From the NCBI GenBank assembly GCA_012026655.1, contig JAAILG010000130.1, positions 1 through 64,000 on the forward strand: a stretch of 64,000 nt of DNA. The letters run 5' to 3'. Position numbers and translations under genes: made by a program. Source of the DNA: Hydrolagus affinis (taxonomy: Eukaryota). Positions 1-12,854 of the stretch are shown here, piece by piece. Numbering within the stretch: position 1 is the first letter of the stretch; each line of letters starts with the position of its first letter. The notes under the pieces were generated by a model. That model saw only the letters and a list, made by a program, of their open reading frames with translations. It had not been told where the DNA came from and searched no databases.

Positions 1-1125
1 TCAAAAGATGTACGAGGTGGATTCTAAAGTGCTTGGCATTATTTCAAGTCTGAATCCCAATTTCAAGGGAAACGCTGTCGAAACTTCAACTCCCCCCACC
101 CCCTTCCCCCCACCCCTTCTTTCCAAATCAGTCAAAAGAATCACTTCAAAAGGTGTTGATGAAGGCATAAACATCACGTCGGTCTCGCCAATCTTCATGG
201 ATGACATTAAAGTAACAGTGTTAGAGACACTGAGTGTTTTTTTTTAAATATATATATATATATTGGCTAAATACTTTGTTCTGCATATGCATATTAATGA
301 AATTGAAAATATAAGGACAAAACGAAATCTCTCTCTCTCTCATCTCTCTCATCTCTCTCATCTCTGCCCTCCCCACCTACCCCCCCCCCCCGCCCAATCC
401 ACCACCACCCTCAAGCCACACAACACAGCCATATATACACTTTATACTAAACGTGGCATCTGCATTTTTAAAAGAAAACAAAAATCCATAACATTGATCT
501 TGGTCACAAATATTGTAAAATTAAATGAAAAACACGTGGGTTTTAATGGAATATTTATTATGTACCATACAGGGTATATATCATATATATATATATACCA
601 TACAGGGGGGGAGGGGGGGGGGGGAGGATGTTTAGCATCTGAGAAATGGTCTCAAGTAAAGTCAGTCCAGTTGTCTTTCCCAGCGGTGATTTACAAGAGT
701 TTAGGGTTTTTAAAATGTTTGAGATTAGGTCAAACTATTGAGTTCTGTTGATCGCAGCATCTCAGCCTGTGAAGATAATTTACTTTCATATCTGGCACAA
801 TTTATTTACTTTATTTCACAATTTCTTTCTTTCTTTCTGTGTTTCAAAAACGTGCTCTCATAAGTTTCTCTTTTTTTTGGTGTGTGGGGGCGCTAGGGAC
901 AGGGACAAAATGTATTGTATATGTCTGATTACTTTCTGAAAACTTTTGTTCTCCATTAACTTCCAATGAAAGATAATATTTAGATTTTTTTTTAAAAAAA
1001 CAGTTTTACTTGTCCTTGGAAAAAAAATCAGGAACATTGCGATCAATGACTGGCTTTTTGCATGGGGGGGAGCTCAAGTTGGGGTTACTGAGAGATACTG
1101 AAAGTGTCACCACTCAGAGAGTTAC

Positions 1126-1576
1126 CTTTTTTTTCACAGAGTTTAGAAAGTTTGCCGGATCAGATGATTGTATCAGGGCGTTTTATAAAACTCACTGAAA
1201 ATCGATGAGTGTTGTATTGTTGCAGCAACAGCGATTATGTCTGTCTGTGATAGCCTTTCTAAACAGGCAAACAAAGCCAAGTATCACAGGAAGGAGTTAT
1301 GCAATCTTTATTTAAAATCACATTTGAATTATTGCTGTTGTTATCTCGTTCCCTTTTAATAATTGATGACTCGTACGATGAAGGTTTTTTTTTAATCTAC
1401 TCCAAACATCTCTGGAGCCTGTTTCCTGCTCACCGTGATTTTTTAGGTTTTGATTTCGAATTGTTGTTGAGACAGTTACAGCAGCTACAGTTTCAATTTT
1501 GCGTTGAATACTCAAGTGACTGGAAACTACCAAAGGCAAAAAAAAACATGCTGACCCTGAATGCAATTTGATCTTT
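1126..1576 (-). other. Putative non-coding (5'UTR-like) exon of an unidentified minus-strand gene
   Basis: On the minus strand, a long polypyrimidine tract (CTTTCTTTCTCTCTCTCTCTCTACCTCTGCCTAG|AAAG) gives an acceptor at 1577/1576. A donor AAG|GTAACT lies at 1126/1125, with alternatives TCA|GTGAGT (~1195) and ACG|GTGAGC (~1432). All three frames have stops near the 3' end with no later ATG, so no ORF exits at the 1126 donor. Confidence 0.4.
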
Positions 1577-1831
1577 CTAGGCAGAGGTAGAGAGAGAGAG
1601 AGAAAGAAAGTGAGAGCGAGACAGAAATACGGATGGAGAGAGATGAATAGATAGATAGATAGATAGATGTTGAACGGAGACAGCCAGACAGACAGACAAA
1701 TTCTTTCGTATTCGTTTATAAGTTGGGGGAATGTTGCATTTTAGCAGATAAATCCTATAGAATTGATAGCTTTGTGTTTTCGCAGTACAGATTAGGCAGG
1801 AGGACGACAATGGTAGGGGGCTATATCTTAC

Positions 1832-2110
1832 TTTAAACTAAGGATGCTGGCTGGCCGGCTGGCTGGATGTGTGTGTGTGTGTGTGTAGTGTGTATGCATA
1901 AGAAACAAGTGATGCTTTGCAGGTCAGAAAGAGAACTCTAAGTAAACACGGTGCAACAGAAGTCTAAACCCTTTGTTGGTGAGTGTGCAGCTGGCCAGCC
2001 TCCTATTGTCCAGAGGTAGACCAAGTGGCAGATTCCTGCTGAACCGACCCAACTGAATGCACAAACAGATTGGGATGTTCTGCATGCATGGGCAACATTG
2101 CAGTGAAAGA
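1832..2110 (-). promoter_or_regulatory. Putative first exon / core promoter region (5' boundary unknown)
   Basis: A minus-strand donor AAA|GTAAGA at 1832/1831 pairs with the acceptor at 1577, giving a 255-nt intron. Complex unique sequence beside a (CA)n tract and purine/pyrimidine-skewed tracts, within a TE-free zone. Confidence 0.3.
1868..1886. repeat. (GT)n microsatellite
   Basis: Read directly from the sequence. Confidence 0.9.
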
Positions 2111-5100
2111 ATCCTCCTTGCCCCCCACCCCCACCCCTCTCCACTCCCCCCCCCCCCCCACCCCCGCCTCCCAAACTCCCTTTTTGGAAGGGATGACACT
2201 CCATCCAGACATTTTGTGACAATCACAAAGCAATGGCTGCTTCAGAATAGAATGGGGTTTTTTTTTGAGCCAAGACCATAGAGAAAGAGAGAGAAAAAAA
2301 AGAGGGGTGAGAGGAGGGGGGTGGAGAGGAGGGGAGGGGAGGAAGAGAAAAGAATCAAGTTGATAAAAGCCCCAAAGAGAAAAGGCCGGGGCGGACAATG
2401 GGGAAGAAAGTAAAAGACAGAAGTAAAGGAGGGAGGCAAGAATTATCTTGTTAAACAGTAGTTCTTTTTGTACCAAAGTTGTCCCTATGAAAGTGCGTTA
2501 GCAGTATCATGACAGAAAAAAAACAAGCATGGACCCACACCAATTTCAATCAAGGATCATGAGCTTTTAAGAGCCCTGATGGCTTATTTAGGTGACAGAA
2601 AAATTAAGGGAAGCTTAAATGGCTTTGAAAGGTTAACACGGGAGGCTTTGAATTGAGGCTCTTCAAAAAACACTTGTGCAGCCAGAGTTGACTCAAATTG
2701 AATAAATGGTAAAACACGAGGTAAAGGGAATGAAAAGCTAGTTAAAAAGAGACACAACAAGTTAGACAGTGAGCAGCACAGACCACACGGCAGCCCAGCT
2801 GTTGTGTGATGGATTGTTGAAGACAAAAATAAGCAAGTAAAAGAGAAATAAGTAGATTCAGCGTTTGAAAACGTTAAAAAAAAACGCCTTAAAAAACTCT
2901 TCTCCTTTGCTCGTGTTAAGGAGACGGTTTTTTTTTGTGTTCATGCAAGTTGACAGATTTTGAATGAAAAGGAAAATTAAAACATCTAATTAATCGATTT
3001 TTTTTTGGTGGGGGGGCTGCAACAAAAAATGGGGAAAAGAATGGAATGGCTTTTGTCCGCTTGTCAACTGCGGGGAGACCAGAAAAAAAAGTTATTTGCA
3101 ACATTAACGTAAAATGCTTGTAGCTTAGAAGCAACTGATTCAATAGTCCTGTTTTTTCTCTCTCTCTCTCTCTCTCTGCTAAGATTTCAGCAAATGTGCA
3201 TCCAAAGATCTAGCAAACCCAGCCTTACCAGCGTCCTTCGCGTGATCAAAAACTTCACAGTCATTTCTGTGCCATAAACCAAAAATAACGAACCCGCTTC
3301 GAATTCAGAATCTTTCACTTGTACTGGAATTAAAAGTGAAAGGATTTTCACGTGGAAAGCACAGAATTCGTTCCACGGATTTAACTGAAACATTTGCAAT
3401 CAAACAATCCCCCCCCACCCAAATAAAAACAACAACAAAAATCAGTTTAGTATTTTCAAACACGGTTTTTCGTTGAGGTAAATCACTCCCCCAACTACCC
3501 CACCCCCTCCCCCACACACACACACACCTCTCCATTTCTATCTCAATTTGATTATAAAATAATGCAATTTTCAAAGACAACGGAAATCTGAGGGCTATGA
3601 TGTCAGCCTTGCGAAAAGTAATGGCGGTTCAGGTTTATTTATTTTTTAGGTCGAAAAAAAACAGACAAGGCGAAGAGATGGGTTTTATTTGTGAATCACA
3701 TGGGATGGTGGTGGGGCGGGGGGGGCGGGGGGGGTATACATTTTTAAAAATCGAGCATGAATTTCTAATGGTCATTAGTAGTTGTCAATTGGAGATTTTT
3801 TTGTGTGGCACAAGGGAGGAATTTTTAGTAAAGTTTCATGAGCCTGGTATATATTACATTTTTAACGCACAGTACAGTGCCTCTGTTCCTCCGTGGCTTC
3901 GCTCTCAAAATAAATGTATACTGAGTTGAGTTTGCTATATTTCGAATACTTTCTCTGTCTTTGTAGTCTGCCCCCTCGGTGCCTACCTTTAGGGAATGAA
4001 CGAGAAAACACTTGAAAACGAAAGCAAACACAAACGAATGTCCCCAAAGTTTGCAATGTTTTTTGCAGGCTGTATATATATATATATAATGTATTACACA
4101 CACACATATATGTATATATATGTGTGCGTAGTACATAATACATATCTGTATATATAGCTTCTTGTCAATGTTGTTTGTTGTGTCTAGAATACTTCCAATT
4201 CTGGATTTATTAATAATCGCACACACACTCACTCACTCACTCACTCTGTTCACCCCTCCCCCCCCCCACCCCCACTTTGGAACTCATAATTCTTAAATCC
4301 TTCATAAAACCCACGGAAAAAGATTGAAACAGCAACAAAAAAAAAGGTCTTTTGACTTCTTGGCGTTGGGTTGATTTCACATACTATTGACATATGGCAG
4401 AATAATCATTGGAATGAACTGGCGTGTGCGTGTGGTTACTGACACTGACATACACTGTGATGAGGTATCGCGTTATACAATGTACTAAAATAGCCGCAAA
4501 CCGGGAGTAACTTTCTGTTTTGCTGTTGGATGGACGCGCAAAAAAACCTCAGATAAATACAGATTTTCTGCCACTAACTCGGGCTCCCACCTGAACGAAT
4601 GGGTTTCAAAGCCATCTCGCGTCAGCGCCCACCTCTCCTTGTTGGTGATCAGACATATATATATATATATTTTTAAAAGTCTTGGTATAATTATTACATT
4701 GATATAACTTTTTTTTTTAAATTCATTGAATAGCCAAAGGCATCAGATAACTTCAATAACTTGTATTTCACAGCGCGATCAAAATATAAAATGATACTGT
4801 CTTTTTTTTTGGAAACTGTGTGGTAAACTTATATTTAAGAGTTTACTGTCGGATTGTTCTTTTTTGGGGGGGTGGGGGGGTGGGGGGTGGGGGTGGGGTG
4901 TTAGTTGAAATGTGAATTACATTGTACAGTGTTAATACTCAATGATGCCGGAGTCGCCTTTCACTTTTCGCCAAATTACTTGTTTGACTATTTGGGAATC
5001 AATTCCAGTGTTCAAGTTGAACATCTGTGTCAATGTGAATGCGAGCTACTTGTGAGATAATCAGAGGAGAAATTTACCAGCATGAAATCCAATCAGGCTG

Positions 5101-5719
5101 TTTCCTCAAAGTTACAGATGAATCGTGTCCAGTCTCAACAATATAGCTCACGTATGTTTCCAACAACCCAGTAGTTTGTGTGCGTGTGTGTGTGTATGTT
5201 TTAACCATTTCCGCTTGGAATGAGAGTTCAATTCGGTTGTATGACCCACCGATTCGCCTTGTGTCTTGGAAGTACAATATTTCTCCAAATCAGTTGGTTA
5301 TTCAGGCCCAGATCGTATATCTATCTCTCAATGATAATACTGTGATGAACTTTGTGTGTGTGTGTGTGTGTGGGTGGGGGGTGGGGGGGATGTATTTATG
5401 GCGAGATAAGCAGACTGGAGGACACACTACAACGCGAAACATTTCCAAGTGTTTTCGTCAGTTCGCAGTGTGTCTGTTTCCAAGCCAAACGTGGACTCCT
5501 ATCCAATAAAGTTTGATGCGCCCAACAGAAACCGATAGTTTGTTTAAGGGCGTATATCCCTTAACGACTTTGCTGAATGCCAATGGGTCCCATTTGCCCG
5601 ATCCATGCGCTAATGAAGTTTTATATTTCCGAGTTGGTGAGGAAACTATGCGGGGAAAGAGGGTCGTTCCAAAGAACAATGGTGTTTTGCGAGCGACGCG
5701 CTTTTAGCAAAACGATCTG

Positions 5720-5960
5720 ATCAGAAAGCAGCACCTCGCACACTCCCAGCCCGTCATGTGCATACAATAACATCATTTGCCAATCAGTAAGCAGCGCTAA
5801 TGACGATAATTAGCGTGTGGTTTGCACTGTGAATTACAGCGGGAAAGGCTTCTCAGTGGGTTCTAATGACAAACTCGGCGCCTCGGTGAAAGATTGACGC
5901 TGGGAATGTGCGACACGCGATGGGGAGAGGCGAGGCTCACATCCATGACTGATTTCCCAA
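5720..5960. promoter_or_regulatory. Candidate conserved enhancer
   Basis: Repeat-free and CpG-retaining; carries CCAAT, TAAT/ATTA homeobox cores and TGACG/TGACA motifs. Conservation not tested. Confidence 0.3.
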
Positions 5961-6252
5961 TATCTCCAGGTCCTGATATCAACCAGGCCATCTGGTGAAG
6001 AAAGGCAACCAGTAAACACAACCACAGAACAGTGTGTGGGTGGGCAGAGAGGGGAGGGTGGGCGGAGAGGGGAGGGTGGGGGGAGAGGGAGGGTGGGGGG
6101 AGAGGCAGGTAGTAATTGATTGGGGTGGGAGTGTGGAGGGGTTGGAGGGGTGGTGGGGGAGAAAACTGGAATGTGAGACAACATAACTATGGGATCGAAT
6201 TAAACAGGTTATTTAGACAGTCATGGATGGTTGACACAGCCTCTGTTTCATC

Positions 6253-6365
6253 TGTTTCACCCACCACCAACTATGCAGTCAATTCACTTTACAGAATATT
6301 GTGTGAAACACTTTGGAAGTCTGAACGAAGCGATAAGGCGCTTTACCAAATGAAAGCGGTATTAG
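6253..6365 (+). mobile_element. tRNA-SINE 3' fragment
   Basis: CAGTCAATTCACTTTACAG...GCGCTTTACCAAATG matches the 3' half of the dominant SINE. Confidence 0.75.
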
Positions 6366-6620
6366 TGTCTCTTTCTCTCAGTGGTGAAATAGACAGTGAA
6401 TATCTGCCATTTAATTTAATTTCAGATTTCCAATGATCGTTTTTTTAGAAAAATGTTATATCTGTTAATCAATCTGAGTTGCTCCCAACTGAAAGGTGCT
6501 CTATAAATGTAATTTTGTTATTGTTGATGTTGAGTTTTTTATAAAAAAATGTTTTATGTCTTTCGCCTTTATTTTACTTATTCCCATTCTACGGGGTAAA
6601 TTGTGTAATAATAATCATGA

Positions 6621-6840
6621 ATAATAATCCTTGCGTTTGATATAACGCTTTTCACATTTTATCGACATCCCAAAGCGCTTCACAGAATCTACTGTAAAGT
6701 GAATTGACTGTATATATTTGTGGGTGAAACGCGGCAGCCAATTGCGCACAGCAGTGTCCCCCACAAACAGTCGTGGATTGAAATGACCAATTTTATTATT
6801 GTGTTTTTTTGGGGGGGACGGATTATTATTAGGCGCGTAG
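6621..6840 (-). mobile_element. Young tRNA-SINE, 5'-truncated
   Basis: Reverse complement matches the full-length copy at 31968-32273 from GCCTAATAATAATCC to the (ATT)n tail. Confidence 0.92.
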
Positions 6841-8489
6841 TAATTCTTAACTGATTTCTTGCGTTCAGTGTTTTTTTAAAAAAAAAGTTTTCCACCATAT
6901 TACCAAATTGTAGTTTACTACTGAAAGTTTCTACAGGTGTTTCGCTCCATCTTCATGTCAAGTGATGCAGGTTACATACCCAGAACAAACAAGCTCTTGA
7001 AAGCTGGCCTTGATAAAGTACTTCATGGCCTGAAGGATATTTTCACCGCCTCGGAGGATTGATGTTTCACAAGTGAAAAGTAAAATGACAACACACGCAG
7101 GCAGAGTAACATTTAATGGTCAGCCCAACGCCCTTGAATTCCGTTAGCGGTGGGTTCTTTAATTCATTCGGAATCACATCACTCAGAGAATAAACATGTC
7201 TCACTAGTAAGGGCGAGCTCCAGGCAGTCTCCTCTGCCTGTTACAGTGCTTTTACATTTACAGAAGAGCTGACATTAACTCAGGCACTTATTCCCCCCGC
7301 AAAGTTGGAAAGTTGATGCCTTTTGGAAATAAATCTTCCATATCATTTTATGACCCTGAACATACATGGATTTCATTTTGAAAACAAGTGGTGTTTAGTG
7401 TAAGTCCATTTGCTGAACCTATTTGACATTATGGGCATTGCTTGCAGATTGCTTGAGGTCATTGATTTCGGAGAATATTCTAATGCCATAACATCATATC
7501 ACCATCAATGTCCCTTTTTCAAAATACATTACAATTCATTTCAACATCTTTTGGTGTTGATGTCATGCCTGCATTTTTGTATTTAAAAAAATCTAGAACT
7601 GAGTTTGTGAAATGTAGAACAAAGAGTTACCTAGTTGTAAATTAAAATAGATATGCATAACAGGGGAGAATAAACAAAGGATGAGGTGATCAACCCTATA
7701 TATAACGAAGGTACTTCTTTATATATATACACAAATAAAAAATAATTTTTGTCCTCAAGTAACATTTTTCTGATGCAAAATACTCTGAAGGTGTTAGAGC
7801 CAAACATTTTACAGTCACTACATTTTACAGTAAATCCTGTAAGTATTATTATTATATTCATCATCAGATGGCTTATGCTACTGGGTGCTAGTGGTATGCT
7901 TCACCTGTCCACTAAACAAGCTGTTTGTGCTGATCTCCTCTTGGTTTTGGGAGTCATTTAATCATGGTTTACCAGAGCACGGGATTTACAGGTATTCTTA
8001 GTCCCGTCAGTCTTTGTATGGTGAGCACCACTGTTTACTGGTAATTTTGTATTTAGGGATAGAAAATATGAATGAGGGGAACCTAGTGATTCCTGCCATA
8101 GCAACAACTTACACCTATGGAGTACCATTCATTTAGTGTAGTGTTTGCAGATGACCAAATTGTGGAAGCTGATGTGATGGACTTCAATTAACTTTGGCTA
8201 GTACAACTGAACCTCAAGTTTAATGTTAGTGGACATGTGAGATCAATATTTCACATTAACCGATGAATGTGAATCTTCCCTTCACAATGTTTGTCTCAGT
8301 GATCACTCTTTTCCTTCCCCCCCCACCCCCCCATACCACCTATAATTTTCCCCCTACAATAGAAGTGTCAGTCTGGCTTAGTGAGAAGGCTATGGCCTCT
8401 GAGAAAGAAGGTTGCATGATTGTGTTGCATTGTCAGAGTTGCTGTCCTTTGTATGTGTTATTAAACTGAGCAGGTGAATGTAAAAAATA

Positions 8490-8725
8490 TAAACCGTTTA
8501 GATGAACACAAAAAATTCCATGGTATTATTTAGAAAGAGAAGGGAGTTTCTCCTGGTTTCCTAGCCAACCATCCTCCTCAGATAAAATTGTTCATTTACT
8601 TCATGGCTGTTTGCAGAATATTGCTGCGCTTAAACTGGCTACCTAGTTCCCTGGCAAATACAAAAATAAAATGCTGTGAGGTGCTCTGAGACTTCTTGAC
8701 AATGTGCCACATTAAATGAAAGGTT
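8490..8725 (+). mobile_element. Old Deu-domain SINE fragment
   Basis: CCATGG..TATT..GAAAGAGAAGGGAGTTTCTCCTGG..CTAGCCAAC..GGCTGTTTG matches the Deu-type body also seen at 48292-48735. Confidence 0.75.
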
Positions 8726-9354
8726 ATTTTGGAAAAATATCTTCAATATGATTGCAATTTCTTGTATTGGTTCGATGATTAAGCTGAATTCGGTGATGAA
8801 TGTCTTCTGAATGAACTGAGCAAAAGATGTGATCAGAGCTTCGGGGATCGACATATGGGGAGCGGTGTCTTGAGATACAAATGTTGGTTGTTTGCATTCT
8901 TCTAACATGTACAACTTGAAAAAGACATATAAGGTGATGATAGTAAGCTTAGGGCATTTAATGATTTATGTTCTTTTCCTGCTTTTGCTATTGGCTTTAA
9001 TCTAATGCTCATCCTCATCCCCCATTGGTGACCTAACGCCCCCCACCCCCCAACACTCTATGAAACTTGATTACAGAAAGAAGGAAAACTTAGCAGAGAA
9101 GAAAAATCTTAGGGAAAGGGTTGGGATGGGGTTGAAGGGGTGGGGAGGTAAATCTTCTAGCCTAGGGCTTATTTTTTTTAACCTTAGTTTACAGGATTGA
9201 ACCGCCAATAATTAATCCCAAGGTTCCTTTATCTCTCCAATATCCATGCAGCTAGTGTTTTAGGGTCAATTGATAGCTGAATACTCATTGCGCAATGTGT
9301 TCAGTGTAGTTCACGCACTCGTGAAGATCTGTAAAATAACCTTAGCTTTTCACA

Positions 9355-9457
9355 TGCATTTGATATAGCACCTTATCATGTGCCTCAGATGTCATAGTAC
9401 TGTATGTACACTGTAGTGGATTGATTACTTTTTGTGGGTGAAACGCAGCAGCCAGTT
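9355..9457 (-). mobile_element. tRNA-SINE 3' fragment
   Basis: TGCATTTGATATAGCAC...GTGGGTGAAACGCAGCAGCCA. Confidence 0.75.
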
Positions 9458-9467
9458 ATAAGTCAAT

Positions 9468-10036
9468 TGGTGCCACTGCACTTGGAATATTGTGTGCAGT
9501 CCTGGTCACAGCAGTACAAAGAAAGATATGGCAGCAATTGAAAGGATACAGAGCAAAACAACCAAAATGACTGAGGATATGGAGGGACTGAACTATGATG
9601 AGCGGTTAGGTAAACTGGGCATGTTCACGCTGGAGAAGAGAAGGTTGAGGCTGCATTGTGATTATAGTCTTTAAGATTCTAAAGGGTCGAGATAACGCGG
9701 ACCATGATAAGATGTTTTATCTCGCACTGAACAACAGAACCAGAGGACACGGCCTGCGATTGAAGGTGGGGGAAATTCAGCACACGTCTGCGGAAACACT
9801 ACTTCAGTGAGCAAATCATAAACGTATGGAACAGACTCCCCAGTGAGACGGCGGAGGCAGCAAGTGTTGATTCTTTCAAGAACAAATTAGATAGATTTCT
9901 GATAGGAAATAATATATCGGGATGCAATTTATAGTTAGCACAGAACATTTGCACTTGATTACCAGGATGGTGGGAGGTGGACGGCGTAGATCTTGGTCTG
10001 CTTTCACCTAGCAAATTTTTATTTTCTTGTGTTCTT
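9468..10036 (+). mobile_element. CR1-clade LINE 3' end (ORF2 C-terminus plus 3'UTR), frameshifted
   Basis: Translation gives HLEYCVQSW / KDMAAIERIQSKTTKM..GLNYDERLGKLGMFTLEKRRLR / RTRGHGLRLK / KHYFSEQIINVWNRLPSE..AASVDSFKNKLDRFL, the canonical CR1 ORF2 tail. It ends in TTCTTGTGTTCTT. Confidence 0.93.
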
Positions 10037-10439
10037 TTGTTTACACCATGTGATGTTGCATATCTTTATGCTGAATGGTAGCCAGCCGCAGTCCCTCTGC
10101 TGCTGCGTTTTGTCTTCTTAGACACATCGTTTATATTTTTTTAATCTGATATACTAATACGACAAACACTGAAATACTTACAATGAACTGAATTTGATTG
10201 AGGGTTCAGATGAACTTATGAGATAAATCATGTTTGTTTAGTGCATTTTAATGAGCTAACATAATACTAAAATTCAATTACAAGCTTCAAACCCAGTCCA
10301 GCTTCCTGTTATTCTACATACAAATTAGAGTCTGCGTGTGTGCTTTTTTTTTAACATATATTTCTCTCTCTCTCTATGACAATTTCCTCCTTCACTCCTG
10401 AAGGTAATTTGATTCCTTTTTTTTCGTTCAACTGAGATA

Positions 10440-10668
10440 TGTTTTCAAGGTCATCCTTCGGTCCCTCACCCAACTGGCTGTTATCCATGTGTGTAAGGCT
10501 TTACAGGAAGTGTTTCATGGGGTAAGAGGAATCAGAGTTGAGCTTTATTGTGTCCTCACTCAATGTTCACACACACATTTCTCAGCAGGAACTTCAGGGC
10601 GACTGAGGTTAATTCTTGCCTGGGTCAGATCAGCTAATTCTAATTCCAGGATTTGAACCGAAGGCTTC
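10440..10668 (-). mobile_element. Old unclassified tRNA-headed repeat fragment
   Basis: Reverse B-box-like CCAGGATTTGAACC at the right end; the body differs from the dominant SINE and resembles an old shark interspersed repeat from memory only. Confidence 0.35.
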
Positions 10669-10674
10669 AGCGTT

Positions 10675-11024
10675 TAATAATTATCCTGGCATTTGATACA
10701 GCGCCTCATCACATTGTTGAGACGTCTCAAAGCGCTTCATAGGATAAACTGTAAATTGAATGGACTGTTTATTTTTCTAGATGAAATGCGGCAGCCAATT
10801 GCGCACAGCAGTATCCCACAAACAATCACGCAAATTGAGTGACCAATTCATTTGTTTGTTTGTTTGAAGGGATCATTATTCCAGGAACGTGATCCTGCTT
10901 ACTGCTGGGTAAACAGAGATGTGTGGAGTAACAAAACGTGTCTAAAGTTATGCCCACCCGGGAATCAAATCCAGGTCCCCTCGCTGGTGAGGGCAGCATG
11001 CTAATGACTAGGCTACAGGACTCC
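10675..11024 (-). mobile_element. Long-form tRNA-SINE, near full length
   Basis: Minus-strand head GGAGTCCTGTAGCCTAGTC, extra central segment (TGTTTACCCAGCAGTAAGCAGG) and L2-like tail. It abuts a second SINE fragment at 11028-11070. Confidence 0.9.
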
Positions 11025-11299
11025 AGACAGCAGCCAATTGTGCACAGCAATGTCCCACAAAGCCACAATTAATTATCACAATTATTATTTAGGAATTATT
11101 ATTGTTTATTATTGCATCCAGACATTTTTGGTCTGTATACACTTGAATTGCCATCCAGTGTGAAGGGCATTTATATAAATGCAAGTTGCTGTTGTTGTTA
11201 TCCTGCTTTTACCTACTAGGCTAGTGGCCTAAATGTTTACTTAAATGAATATTAAATTATAATAAAAAAAAACTTTTACTTCAAGCAGTACTTCAGAAA

Positions 11300-11596
11300 T
11301 TCATTAAGTGAGACATCTTTTTTTTGGGGGTGAAGTCAAATTCTCATCTGAAACGTTGCACAAACAGCAAGTCAATTGACCGATCTATTGAGGTTTATTT
11401 TAGTGAATGTGGATGGAGAAGGAATGAATGCTGGCCAGGATATTGGGAGAACTTCCTCTTCTGCAAAATTGTACTTTAGTGCTTTTCACACCACCAGAAC
11501 AGCAATCCAGGCTTCAATGTAATCTAACAAATAACAACCAGCACTCCCCCAGCACTACACTGGACCATCAGATTAGACCAATAGTTCAAGTCTTGG
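11300..11596 (-). mobile_element. Highly decayed Deu-domain SINE
   Basis: GCTGGCCAGGATATTGGGAGAACTTCCTCTTC and CAGCACTACACTGG..CAGATTAGA are the reverse of Deu-SINE motifs. Confidence 0.6.
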
Positions 11597-12854
11597 ATGT
11601 CAGAAAAATTAAATTCAGTGAATATATAATAACCGCTTGCATCGAAGGAGAATGTAAACCTCACCAGCAGCCCATTTTGCATTGGAAAGAAATGCTGATG
11701 CACTTTAATACATGTTACCCACTCCCCTTTCTGTTCACTTCAATTCTTCCCCTATTGCTCATTGCAATTTCTTCTAAATTGATGCTAACGCTGGAGGTGC
11801 ATCCCATTGGCTGCTGAATGCTATTAGTGATGTCAATTACAATCTGAATGGTGCGAGTTTAGTTTGCGGCGATGGTGGGGGTGGGGGTGGGGGGGGGCAG
11901 AAAATGTATGAATCATATACATTAGTGTTGGTGACAGATAACGTTCAGCGAGACACATTAGCAACAAGACTTCAGTCGTTGGTTTCAGAAGATTGCCCCT
12001 AAAGTAGTTCTTACTGTAGGAAGGGATGAATCCAATAATATTCTGTGATTATTTAATCAGATCTCAGAAGAGCAATCGAGCTAAATTCAGCCAAAGCTTT
12101 TTTATAGATTACAGCAGCATGACTTGGTATATATAGTTAGGCCTTGTGGATATGCTAAATTGTGGTTAGATGGATTAGGGCATTGTACTCCACGCCACAG
12201 GCAACAACAGTAACAGGATAGTGTATCCTTTATTCACCTCAGAAACTGGGGAAAGAGAGTTCGCCCACTGTGAGTTTATATTTCTCTAAGAATAAGTAAG
12301 AAGTTTAATCACAAAAAGCAGGCAGACAAAGCATAGTTATCTTCCTTTTACATTGGTTTTTAGAAGTGTCAGCTGCTGCAGTTGAAAACTATCTGTGGTT
12401 GATGGAGAACCCCCTCTGAGGAATATCTAATGTAAAATTCCACTGATATGCAGATGGCATTCCACTTACTTCAAACAACAACTTAGTTTGTAATGTGCTT
12501 AATGTGCGGAGATGAACTAGTAACTGAAATAGCCAATCAGGCAGTCGTTACGCTGCCATGCATTTCCCAGGTGATTGGGAACAGAGAAGGACCTGTTTAC
12601 CAACTGGTCTAAATACACCTCTGTCCATCTCCCCATTCACCGGCTGTAACTGTTTCAATAGAAAATAATTTGAAGTCTATGTTATAAAGGAGTTGGCATT
12701 AGTGCTCACTTTCTAACTGCAAGACGTTATGTCACCATTGCTAATTTAACATTTATACCTGTGCGAGTCACTCCGGAAAATCCAGTAGCAATTCCTTCCA
12801 CACCTCCCTAAACAGAGCTTCAATGTCTCTGTCCTCAGTACAAACCGTCCTACA

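Noticed and set aside
1-751. ORFs 1..207(-), 8..247(+) and 263..751(+)
   Set aside because: They run through homopolymers and microsatellites, have low-complexity translations and show no recognisable protein motifs.
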